A stretch of DNA of 64,000 bases from a virus (lineage: Duplodnaviria; Caudoviricetes), in IMG/VR virus record IMGVR_UViG_3300013368_000005, positions 96,001 through 160,000 of that record. One strand, 5' to 3'. Below, one piece after another: positions 38,268-47,358 of this stretch (the first letter of the stretch is position 1; each line of letters opens with the position of its first letter). A model generated the notes under the pieces. The model saw nothing but the letters and a program-made list of their open reading frames with translations, did no database searches and was not told the DNA's origin. A program made the translations under genes and the position numbers.

Positions 38268-38864
38268 ATGAACACAAATTTAAAAGAGAGTACAATAGCA
38301 ATCGATTACCAACAAGAGGTTAACAATCAAGGATATCTTTGGGACCCAGCAGATACTTTTAAAGTATTTGATTCAGTGATATTAGGAATAACAGATTACT
38401 TAGCATTAGCTAAATCTAAAAAACAATCAACAGCAGTGGCTATTAATGATTTAAAAGGCAATTTATTATTTGCTGGAATAGTTGCTTACCATGAAAACGA
38501 AAATGAAGAAATGCCAGGCAACTGGTCTTATGAATTTACATTTGATCCAGAAGATATCAAGGATGCAAAAGTAGTTAATTCAACTGATGGACAAATTACT
38601 AGATTTGTTCAAACTGCAGCTTCAAATCAATATAATATGTATTTCGGAAATCCAACAATGATTCAAGTTACATTAGAGACTTTCGCAAATACTTTAAAAA
38701 GATGGTTAGATCAAAATGCTAGAGAAGGCGAAGAAGTATCAGTAATTGAAGAAGGATTCTTTGTAGCTTCAGCAGTAGTAGAAAATGGTGAGAAAGTATT
38801 TTCCGTAGTACCAGATGGTGCTATGAAAAAGATAATCAAAGATGATGCTGCTATAGAGAAATAA
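38268..38864 (+). CDS. Hypothetical protein, possibly tandem HU/IHF-like DNA-binding protein
   Basis: C-terminal half (LETFANTLKRWL...GEEVSVIEEGFF...FSVVPDGAMKKII) follows the HU pattern. ORF is secure, function is tentative. Confidence 0.5.
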   Translation: MNTNLKESTIAIDYQQEVNNQGYLWDPADTFKVFDSVILGITDYLALAKSKKQSTAVAINDLKGNLLFAGIVAYHENENEEMPGNWSYEFTFDPEDIKDAKVVNSTDGQITRFVQTAASNQYNMYFGNPTMIQVTLETFANTLKRWLDQNAREGEEVSVIEEGFFVASAVVENGEKVFSVVPDGAMKKIIKDDAAIEK

Positions 38865-38882
38865 AAACATTATTATATCCAA

Positions 38883-38917
38883 AAACTCGTATGTTTAAAC
38901 ATACGAGTTTATTTTTA
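38883..38917 (+). terminator. Intrinsic terminator
   Basis: AAACTCGTATGTTT/AAACATACGAGTTT followed by a T-tract. Confidence 0.7.
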
Positions 38918-38936
38918 ATGAAAGAGAGGGTTTTTA

Positions 38937-39575
38937 ATGGCTATAGTAAGAAAAGGTAAAGTGTTAGGAAAGATGTATGATGTGATAACTCCTGAAGAAT
39001 ATTCACAGGAACCTGATATATATAATAATAACTTTACAGCTATTCAAAAAGACAATATATTATACCCAATAAGCAAAACAAGTGCTAAACCAGGGTTCTT
39101 TGTAAAGAACCAAATTGTATCATTTTTTATCGACCCACCTGAGGAAGAAAGAGAACAGTATTCAGCAGATACAGTTATTGACTTTACTCAAGTAAGCAAT
39201 ATAAAAGAGATGATTGATAAATCCACATCTTTAGAGGATATAGAAAGAAAGATATTATGTACACCAGATAATATCTATGTTCCTTATATGGATTCTAAAG
39301 ATGCACCAGAAGTTAGGGGATTAAAAGAAGCTATCGAAGCTAAACATATAGATTTAGATAAATATGAAGATAGATTCGATGGTAACTATAATAATGATAG
39401 AAGATTACTTAATAAGAATAATATATCATTAGGTAAATATAGAAAAATATCTGATGCTTTAGATATAAAGGTAACACTAATTTTAGAAGATAAGCATCCA
39501 AATGTACCTAATCCAATGGGTAAAACAATAACAGTAGAATTAACATCTGGAGGTGATGACTCTAGTGATGAATAA
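38937..39575 (+). CDS. Hypothetical protein (possible C-terminal HTH)
   Basis: ORF with GAGAGG RBS; SLGKYRKISDALDI resembles the end of an XRE HTH. Confidence 0.75.
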   Translation: MAIVRKGKVLGKMYDVITPEEYSQEPDIYNNNFTAIQKDNILYPISKTSAKPGFFVKNQIVSFFIDPPEEEREQYSADTVIDFTQVSNIKEMIDKSTSLEDIERKILCTPDNIYVPYMDSKDAPEVRGLKEAIEAKHIDLDKYEDRFDGNYNNDRRLLNKNNISLGKYRKISDALDIKVTLILEDKHPNVPNPMGKTITVELTSGGDDSSDE

Positions 39576-41289
39576 TATATCACAATATCAAATAATTAAA
39601 CAATATAATGATACTCATAGAGAACCATTTAATAATGAATTATTTGTAAGGGATGAAAAAGATATAATCGAATGCCTTCAAAAAGTTATACTATCTTGTC
39701 AGAGAAATCATTACTTTACATTGAGAGTAGAAAGTTTTAAGATAATAGATAATTATGAAGAAATGATGGCTATACTCGCAAGGAATGAGGAAGAAGGACT
39801 TAAGAATAAAAATAAGAAGAAGGTAAATCAGTATGAATATGTAAACTTAAAAGATACTGATATGGTTCTAATGATAGTCACCTATTATATAGAAGCTAAA
39901 GGGAAATCACAATATCTTGATGTATATATATTAATACCTAAAATTGTAGATAAATATTACTTTAGAATATATGGTAATTTATATTGTGCTAGTTTGCAAG
40001 TTGTAGATGCTAGTACTTATAATAACAATTATTCTAGTAATGCAAAAAAACAGGTAGTAACAGAAAAGACGACTTTCCAACCTATAAGGATATATAGAAA
40101 TCTGGCTTTACTTACAACGGTAGATGGCGAGGATTTAAAGACAGTTTACTATACATCGCGTATGTTTAATAAGTCATTTTGTGCGTTTAAATATATCTTA
40201 GCAAGATATGGATTGTACGGAACTATAAACTTTACAGGAATAACATGTATATCTATATTAGATAAAATACCAGATAATAAGGATATGCATAATTTATATG
40301 TATTCGAAAAGGAAGGTATTTATATATCTATTCCTAAAGAAATATTTGATAATGATTATACAACACAATCTTTAATATTAACTTTATGGAGTTCTATCCA
40401 TAAAGATACAAAATATCAAGATTTATTTACACAAGTATATTGGTTAAAATCATTAGGTGGAGAGTTTAATACATTTACACCAGAAAAAGGATATGATTTA
40501 CTAAAATCATTAGAAAATATTTATGATATAATCACTAAGGAAGATTTACACTTACCAGAAGATGTAAAGAAAGATGTATACGGTGTTTTATTTTGGTTAA
40601 TTAGAGAATTTGGTAATCTTAGAAATAAAGATAACCTAGATATTTCTACTAAGAAAGTAAGATGTGCAGAATATATAGCGTCTTTATATGCTATGAAAAT
40701 GGCACAAGGTATATATAGACTATCAGATAAACGTACTAATGTATCTATTGAAAGTATTAGGAAAGTTATACTTATAAAACCTACTTTCTTAATAGAATCT
40801 ATATCAAGATGTAACTTGGTTAACTATAGAAATTTAGTTAATGACTTGGATGCTTTGACAGCATTAAAGTATACTTATAAGGGTATATCAGGTATAGGAG
40901 AGAAAGGAAATAATTCTGTACCTAAAGCATATAGAAGTATTCATGTGTCACATTTGGGAAGAGTAGATGTAAACTCATCATCTAAATCAGACCCAGGTAT
41001 GTCTGGTCTTATATGTCCATTCACAAAATTATATAATGGTTCATTCTCTGAATTTGAAGAACCAAATACATGGGATGAACAGTTTAGTAGTTTAATGGAT
41101 AATTATAAAAAAACAGTTGGCTTAAAAGAATTGATAACATTTAAGAAGAATATATTAGGAGAACAAAATTTAGAAGAGGATGAAAAATTTGTTGATAGTT
41201 GTATAGATAATATGCAAACTTTAATAAATCCAGTCCGCTTTGTTGAAAACACAGCACAATATGTTGTAGAAGATTCTGTAAGTATATAA
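39568..41289 (+). CDS. Multisubunit RNA polymerase beta subunit, N-terminal half (non-virion RNAP type)
   Basis: YFRIYG...LQVVD and YRSIHVSHLGRVDVNSSSKSDPGMSG correspond to RpoB FIINGxERV and RDVHxSHYGRxC...GL. Confidence 0.85.
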   Translation: MNNISQYQIIKQYNDTHREPFNNELFVRDEKDIIECLQKVILSCQRNHYFTLRVESFKIIDNYEEMMAILARNEEEGLKNKNKKKVNQYEYVNLKDTDMVLMIVTYYIEAKGKSQYLDVYILIPKIVDKYYFRIYGNLYCASLQVVDASTYNNNYSSNAKKQVVTEKTTFQPIRIYRNLALLTTVDGEDLKTVYYTSRMFNKSFCAFKYILARYGLYGTINFTGITCISILDKIPDNKDMHNLYVFEKEGIYISIPKEIFDNDYTTQSLILTLWSSIHKDTKYQDLFTQVYWLKSLGGEFNTFTPEKGYDLLKSLENIYDIITKEDLHLPEDVKKDVYGVLFWLIREFGNLRNKDNLDISTKKVRCAEYIASLYAMKMAQGIYRLSDKRTNVSIESIRKVILIKPTFLIESISRCNLVNYRNLVNDLDALTALKYTYKGISGIGEKGNNSVPKAYRSIHVSHLGRVDVNSSSKSDPGMSGLICPFTKLYNGSFSEFEEPNTWDEQFSSLMDNYKKTVGLKELITFKKNILGEQNLEEDEKFVDSCIDNMQTLINPVRFVENTAQYVVEDSVSI

Positions 41290-41310
41290 ATCAAAAGGAG
41301 GTTGATTACT

Positions 41311-41529
41311 ATGGAATACTTTTTATTCTCAGCAAGTCAATTAAAGAAACAAAAAGAAATTGCCGATACATTAGGAAAAACATATTCTCCAGGAACCGTA
41401 TTAGTTGGTGGTCAATATAAACAATTTACTGAAAAAGTTACAGACTTAAAGAAGGCAAAATTTTCAGATTACATTATTGTGACTCAAGGTCCTAAAGGTA
41501 CTATAAAGTATATAGGGGGCTATAGATAA
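41311..41529 (+). CDS. Small hypothetical protein
   Basis: AGGAGG RBS. Confidence 0.75.
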   Translation: MEYFLFSASQLKKQKEIADTLGKTYSPGTVLVGGQYKQFTEKVTDLKKAKFSDYIIVTQGPKGTIKYIGGYR

Positions 41530-41855
41530 TGAAACCACTCGTTACTTTTAAAAATAAAAAAGAATTTAAATGTTTTAATTGTGGTGGAACAATAGTAAGA
41601 AAAATATCTGAAACTAATAATGTATCTATAGATTCCGAAGGTCATCCTTCGGAATTTGATACATTATATGATGAGTATTATATATGTTCTAGCTGTGGAG
41701 ATGATTTAACAGAGTTTGTCAGGAGAGTTAATAATCATTTTTACTTATCAACTAGGGGTTATGATATTCTAGTATCGGATTTAATAGAAAAAAGAATAGC
41801 AGATAATAATATAAATCCGTTTGGACATTATGGAAAGGATGAAGAAAATGAATAG
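41529..41855 (+). CDS. Zn-ribbon protein with N-terminal KPLVTF motif
   Basis: CxxC...CxxC; start overlaps the previous stop. Confidence 0.75.
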   Translation: MKPLVTFKNKKEFKCFNCGGTIVRKISETNNVSIDSEGHPSEFDTLYDEYYICSSCGDDLTEFVRRVNNHFYLSTRGYDILVSDLIEKRIADNNINPFGHYGKDEENE

Positions 41856-42453
41856 TTATTTCAGTAAAATATTTTCTGGAACTAGACAAATCTTTATAAA
41901 AAGTCGATTGACAAGACTTAGTACAAAAATTCCAAATACTATAATAAATATTGTCTTTTCACACACAGGAAAAGAAATTGAAGGTACTTGTGACAGATTT
42001 GAAATAGATGGGTTATTTCCTAGTACCGTATTCATAATAAAAGATATATCTAATACTATATTGTATAATGATATATTTATAGTTGGAGAGCATCGATATA
42101 TAGTGAATATAATTCCATATAATTTAGATGATGTAGATGATGATTCTTTTGTTATTCACATAAGAAATATTTATAGAAATATATTAAAAACATTAACTTT
42201 TAACTATGAGTGCATTCATAATGATATAGTTAAAATAGCTGAATTATTATTAACTTATTATACAATAAATGAACTGGTGTATAATATGTCCATAGAGGAC
42301 TTTCTATCTATAGATTGGAATATATCCGATGAATCTAAACTTATAGATTCATGTCGTAATGCTATCCAAGATGAAAATAATTTTAGAAATGCAGACATAA
42401 ATAATGTAGAATATCTTTTAGACGATTTAGGAATATTAGATTATCTAAGATAA
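41848..42453 (+). CDS. Hypothetical protein
   Basis: ORF overlapping the previous gene; terminator follows. Confidence 0.75.
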   Translation: MNSYFSKIFSGTRQIFIKSRLTRLSTKIPNTIINIVFSHTGKEIEGTCDRFEIDGLFPSTVFIIKDISNTILYNDIFIVGEHRYIVNIIPYNLDDVDDDSFVIHIRNIYRNILKTLTFNYECIHNDIVKIAELLLTYYTINELVYNMSIEDFLSIDWNISDESKLIDSCRNAIQDENNFRNADINNVEYLLDDLGILDYLR

Positions 42454-42494
42454 GGGTCTTCCCTTATCTTTATTTTTTGAGAGGTGAATATTAT

Positions 42495-42791
42495 ATGCAA
42501 AAAATGATTGAATTTAAGAGACCAGATTATTGTATACACTGTGAAACAGAACGTGCAATAGAGGGTTATGATAAATTTGGAAAACCTATAAATTATACTT
42601 ATTTAATAGATCAAAAACAACTTGGTAAAGAAGTAAGTGATAAATTAGATAGAAGAGAAGTTACATTTATGAAGTGCAGAAAATGTAATCATGAATTCTT
42701 TATAGATTGGAGAACCAAAGATAATATTCCTAAACCCATAAATAGCTTTGTTCCTATAGATTATTTTCTTATATCAAATTATAAATATTAG
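42495..42791 (+). CDS. Zn-ribbon protein with N-terminal QKMIEF motif
   Basis: CIHC...CRKC and GAGGTG RBS. Confidence 0.75.
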   Translation: MQKMIEFKRPDYCIHCETERAIEGYDKFGKPINYTYLIDQKQLGKEVSDKLDRREVTFMKCRKCNHEFFIDWRTKDNIPKPINSFVPIDYFLISNYKY

Positions 42792-42808
42792 CATTTTCCC
42801 ATAGTAAT

Positions 42809-42820
42809 AACTTTATAGTA
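42809..42820 (+). promoter_or_regulatory. Late-type promoter variant of sbcC
   Basis: AACTttatagTA immediately before the RBS. Confidence 0.55.
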
Positions 42821-42835
42821 AAAGGGGATGATTTT

Positions 42836-45544
42836 ATGAGAATTTTATATATGAAGCTTAAAGGATATATAGGTATATATAATGGTTTAGGATTAGACGA
42901 AATAGAAATAGATTTTTCTAAATGTAAAAATAAGATATTAGTAATTAAAGGGAGCAATGGTTCTGGTAAATCTACATTATGGAAAGCAATGTCCCATTTA
43001 CCAGATTCAAATGATCAATTTATACCAAACAAATCAGCATATAAAATATTTATGTTAGAGGATAATGGTATTGTATATAAATTTAAACTGATACACGATG
43101 TAAAAGTAAATGGTGATAGGCAAACGACCAAAGCATATATAACCAAAGCCTTGCCAGATGGTACTGTATTAGAATTAAATCCAAATGGAAATATTAGTAG
43201 TTTTAAAGAAATATCTGAATCTGAATTATGCTTGGATGCTAATTTTATAGCATTATCTCAACTCAGTTCATCAGATAGGGGTTTGGCTGATAAAAAACCT
43301 AGTGAAAGAAAGAAATTCATTGGTAATATTGTTGAAAATATTCAAGTTTATAATAATATGAATAAAACACTAACAAAACGTGGTTCTGTATTTAAATCTA
43401 TGGTAAATAGTTTAATAGGTAAAATAAATAATATAGGAGATGAAGAAGCGTTAAAGAATACATTAGTTTCAATAGAAAATAGAATAAATAAATTGAATGA
43501 GAAAAAAGAATTATGTATTCAAGTAATAGCTAATAATAGATCCAAAGTACAACTACTCGATCCAGATGGGTCTATTCAGGAGTCATATCAGTCTATATAC
43601 AATAAACTTGTTAAATGTGATGAAGAATATAAAGAATCCATTGAGAGAATAAATGTATATTTACCCAAAATAGGTTTAAATGAATTAGATGAAAATAAGA
43701 TAAGATCAATTTATAATAATACTAAAAAGGAAATAGATAATTTACTTTTGTTTATAAGAGTTACAGAATCGGATATAAATTCATTATTAAATAAGCGAGA
43801 AGAAGAAGCTAAAACAATACAATCTAAATCAGCTAAATTGCAATCACTAGAAATGGATATTAATTATAAAGATTTATTAAACTTTATGGAAGTATGTAAC
43901 AATAATATTTCTAATTACAATAAGATAATAGATGATATAGGAATAAAAGATATCAATGTTATATCTAAAGAAGAATTTATAATAGGGCTTAATACACTTA
44001 AGGAAGTAAAAGAAATATTGGATATATTTAAATCGTATAGTGATGTATCTATAGTAAATAAATCTATACAATATATCAAGTCTGAAACATATCCAGAGGT
44101 AGAAAATATAAGACAAGAAATAGATACATTAAAGGAATTAGTTCAAACTAAATCATCAGATATTCAGTATTATAATCTTCTTAAACAAACGTCTAATAAA
44201 TTAAATCTTCGACCTAGTAATTGTAATATAGATACCTGTGAATTTATTAAAGATGCAGTAGATGCATTCAAAATGGAACCTGATAAAAATATAGATTTAA
44301 TTACTTCTACTATACAAGAAACTACTAATACAATAAATGTAAAACTCAAAGAATTAGATGAAAATGTTGCTATAGTGGAATGTATAAACTATATAAAAAG
44401 CATACTAAGAAATTTAAATAAACATGCATCTATATTAAATAAATTACCAGTAGAAAGTATTTATTTTAATAATGAATTATTTCTAAATGCTTTATCTAAT
44501 AATTATAAGTTTGACGAAATAGATACTCTGTATAGGTATATAGAATATGCTAATATAATAGAAGAATATAAAATACAGGTTAACAAATTAGATAGACTTA
44601 ATAAAGATTATGAAATATATCAAAGCAAAAATGATATAATAAATGAAATAATAAGTGACATAGATAGTTTAAACGATAAACTGAGTTCTATTACTATAAA
44701 AATTGATGAAAGTAAAGATGAATTGTTAAAATCTAAAGTTATACTATCTAAGCATAAACAAATATTAGGCGATTGTGAATTTATATTAGAATTATTATAC
44801 AAGAAAAAAGAAATAGAGAGTGATAAAAATATATTAATTTCTAATTTTAACTCAATTAAAACTAATATAACTATTATTAAAGAATGTATATCTAATATAA
44901 ATTTAAACGAAGTCGAATTAAACAAAATTAATTCTGAAATAAATCCTATAGTATTAGAAAGAGATACTATAAAACATGGTTTATCATTACTTTCAGAATA
45001 TAATCAAGAAATGGAGATATATTCAAATAAGTTTAATAAAGTAGAAGTAATTAAAAAACATTCTTCTCCTACAAAAGGTATACAAACATTATTTATAAAT
45101 ATGTATATGAATAAGACATTAGTAATGGCTAATGAATTACTTCAATTAATGTTCGGGGGAGAATTCATTCTTGGTAACTATATCATAAATGAAGATGAAT
45201 TTAAAATACCATGTATAGGTGAAGGTATTCCAAATGATGATATATCATCTATGTCTACAAGTCAAATATGTATGATATCGATGATACTATCTTTTGTATT
45301 ACTTCAACAATCTTCTACTAAATATAATATATTAAAGCTTGATGAAATAGATGGTGGATTGGATACTGTTAATAGAATTAGGTTTATTACAGTATTATTT
45401 AAGCTTATAGATGTATTTAATATAGAGCAATCTATAATGATATCTCATAACAATGAACTTAATTTAGATGATTGTGATCTTATTCTTTTAAAAATGCCAG
45501 AAGGGGACACTGTAAATGGTGGAAATGTAATATATAAATATTAA
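42836..45544 (+). CDS. sbcC: SbcC/Rad50-like SMC ATPase
   Basis: Walker A GSNGSGKST, long coiled coil with central CNIDTC hook, signature-like MSTSQ, Walker B KLDEID, ISH. Confidence 0.92.
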   Translation: MRILYMKLKGYIGIYNGLGLDEIEIDFSKCKNKILVIKGSNGSGKSTLWKAMSHLPDSNDQFIPNKSAYKIFMLEDNGIVYKFKLIHDVKVNGDRQTTKAYITKALPDGTVLELNPNGNISSFKEISESELCLDANFIALSQLSSSDRGLADKKPSERKKFIGNIVENIQVYNNMNKTLTKRGSVFKSMVNSLIGKINNIGDEEALKNTLVSIENRINKLNEKKELCIQVIANNRSKVQLLDPDGSIQESYQSIYNKLVKCDEEYKESIERINVYLPKIGLNELDENKIRSIYNNTKKEIDNLLLFIRVTESDINSLLNKREEEAKTIQSKSAKLQSLEMDINYKDLLNFMEVCNNNISNYNKIIDDIGIKDINVISKEEFIIGLNTLKEVKEILDIFKSYSDVSIVNKSIQYIKSETYPEVENIRQEIDTLKELVQTKSSDIQYYNLLKQTSNKLNLRPSNCNIDTCEFIKDAVDAFKMEPDKNIDLITSTIQETTNTINVKLKELDENVAIVECINYIKSILRNLNKHASILNKLPVESIYFNNELFLNALSNNYKFDEIDTLYRYIEYANIIEEYKIQVNKLDRLNKDYEIYQSKNDIINEIISDIDSLNDKLSSITIKIDESKDELLKSKVILSKHKQILGDCEFILELLYKKKEIESDKNILISNFNSIKTNITIIKECISNINLNEVELNKINSEINPIVLERDTIKHGLSLLSEYNQEMEIYSNKFNKVEVIKKHSSPTKGIQTLFINMYMNKTLVMANELLQLMFGGEFILGNYIINEDEFKIPCIGEGIPNDDISSMSTSQICMISMILSFVLLQQSSTKYNILKLDEIDGGLDTVNRIRFITVLFKLIDVFNIEQSIMISHNNELNLDDCDLILLKMPEGDTVNGGNVIYKY

Positions 45545-45690
45545 CATAATGATAAGAAGAAGTTCGGTTTACTACACTTTATGTGTATTTATATATAGGG
45601 CATGTAAGAGTGTTCTTCGTGCCCATCTTTTCATAAATAAATTTCCACCTTAAATATTTATTATTATATCTAACGTGTTGTGACAAAAAA

Positions 45691-45726
45691 AAGAAGAGGA
45701 TTAATTTCCTCTTCTTTTTACTTTTT
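45691..45726 (+). terminator. Intrinsic terminator
   Basis: AAGAAGAGGA-ttaatt-TCCTCTTCTT followed by a T-tract. Confidence 0.75.
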
Positions 45727-45775
45727 ATATAATATTAAACAAATAAGTAAATATAATCCAAGGGGGATGTAAGAA

Positions 45776-46096
45776 ATGAATGATAAACAAAAATTATTAA
45801 AATTATGTAGAATATGGAATAGTCAACATGAGGAGAAATTCCATATTAATCTAATAAACAATTATGAGGATTTTAGTATATTATTTGGTTCAAGAATAAG
45901 AGGAGTATATAAAGGAATATTTGGGAGATTCACAATATTAAGAGACAATAGAACCGTTTACATTGGCGATAGAGTAGATGATTTTATATATATTATAAGT
46001 ACAGCTTTGATTAGAAAAAATACAGATCTAATTCATTTATTAATGATAGAAAAAATTTTTACAATAAATACTGAGCAAGTTTGTTTCAATAATTAA
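45776..46096 (+). CDS. Hypothetical protein
   Basis: AGGGGG RBS and late promoter 45738-45749. Confidence 0.7.
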   Translation: MNDKQKLLKLCRIWNSQHEEKFHINLINNYEDFSILFGSRIRGVYKGIFGRFTILRDNRTVYIGDRVDDFIYIISTALIRKNTDLIHLLMIEKIFTINTEQVCFNN

Positions 46097-46116
46097 AATA
46101 AAAGGAGAGATTAATT

Positions 46117-46863
46117 ATGAAATTCGATACACCTGTAAAAATTAAATTAGCTACGAAGTTTGGAGCTAAAAATAGAAATAATGTGGTTATGTTTAGGGAA
46201 CAATATGAAAATGTTATAAAAAATGACAATATTATAAAAGGAGTTAATGAGACAGGCTATTTATATATTTATGATAGATCTATAGTAGATACTAAAGAAT
46301 ATAGGGATAATGAATTTTCAGGAGCAGACATTAAATATATTGTAGGTAAATTAAAGAGTTTAGATGATATAGACTTAGATAATATGACAATGTTAATATA
46401 TTTTGATAAAGAATATATAGATACATTAGGCGATTTATCAAAATATGTAATAGATATGCATTATTATGCAAAGTGCCATTGGCATAATAATATAAATATA
46501 ATAAGTGATATCTCTATGCTTAAATGCTATACAATGTCATTAGAAGCTCTTTCTGCATATCATGGTGTAGATGTAATCTATCTTGATATAGACAAAAGAT
46601 TAACGCATCTTGCTGGTTATAGATTAGGTAGGTCTATTTATAATGAACAAATTAAGGATAAGATTAATGAAAATAATTATTTAAGTATAGTATTTCCTGA
46701 TCATGTAGAAAATGTTTTTCGTTCATTTATATTTGGTTTAACTGATAATATCGGTATGAGCTACGAATTGGAGAGACTATCGCTTATAGGAAAGAGTACT
46801 AAAATAATAGATAGTTTTGAAAAACACAAACAAAATGATAAAATGTTAGTAACAGAGGTATAG
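46117..46863 (+). CDS. Hypothetical protein with C-terminal STAS-like (DUF4325-like) domain
   Basis: LAGYRLGRSIYNEQI...IVFPDHVENVFRSFIFGL resembles Firmicute DUF4325-type proteins (recalled pattern, not searched). Confidence 0.55.
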   Translation: MKFDTPVKIKLATKFGAKNRNNVVMFREQYENVIKNDNIIKGVNETGYLYIYDRSIVDTKEYRDNEFSGADIKYIVGKLKSLDDIDLDNMTMLIYFDKEYIDTLGDLSKYVIDMHYYAKCHWHNNINIISDISMLKCYTMSLEALSAYHGVDVIYLDIDKRLTHLAGYRLGRSIYNEQIKDKINENNYLSIVFPDHVENVFRSFIFGLTDNIGMSYELERLSLIGKSTKIIDSFEKHKQNDKMLVTEV

Positions 46864-46893
46864 GAATTCCTATACCTCTCTCTTTATTTTTTT
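46854..46893 (+). terminator. Intrinsic terminator
   Basis: AGAGGTATAGGA-at-TCCTATACCTCT followed by a T-rich tail. Confidence 0.7.
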
Positions 46894-47061
46894 ATAAGAG
46901 CTTGTACATTTTTACAGTATACAAAACATTAAAATATTAATATTTTAATAATATTTAATTAAAAATTTATATACAAAATATAATGTCTTTACAAGACAAA
47001 TGAGCGGATTGTCAAATCTCACTTCGTGAGATTATTTGAGAAAGAGAAGAATAGTATAATA

Positions 47062-47343
47062 CTATTCTTCTAATTTATTCAACATATCTCTAAACTTTCT
47101 TTCATATTTATGTGTACATACTCTAAGTATAGAAGTTAAAACTCTTGTATTATTCTCTAAATGAATACTTCTACTAGGAAATTTACCTTCTAAGCAACAG
47201 TATATAATAATTTTTGCTAGATTAAAATTGGGAACGTGTGTATGACCTTTATTAAATTCTTTATTTTTATTTATTACTAAAAAAGACTTATCGTTCATTT
47301 TAATTATTCTGTAGTTTTTATTACAGAATACACAGTTACCCAT
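47062..47343 (-). CDS. Small basic hypothetical protein
   Basis: ORF with AAGGGAG RBS; contains CxxC and GHTH. Confidence 0.7.
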   Translation of the reverse strand: MGNCVFCNKNYRIIKMNDKSFLVINKNKEFNKGHTHVPNFNLAKIIIYCCLEGKFPSRSIHLENNTRVLTSILRVCTHKYERKFRDMLNKLEE

Positions 47344-47358
47344 AATACTATCTCCCTT

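Noticed and set aside
33589-41289. Group I introns or inteins in RNAP, ligase, helicase or gyrase genes
   Set aside because: The ORFs are continuous and of expected size, with no recognisable intein termini or homing endonuclease motifs.
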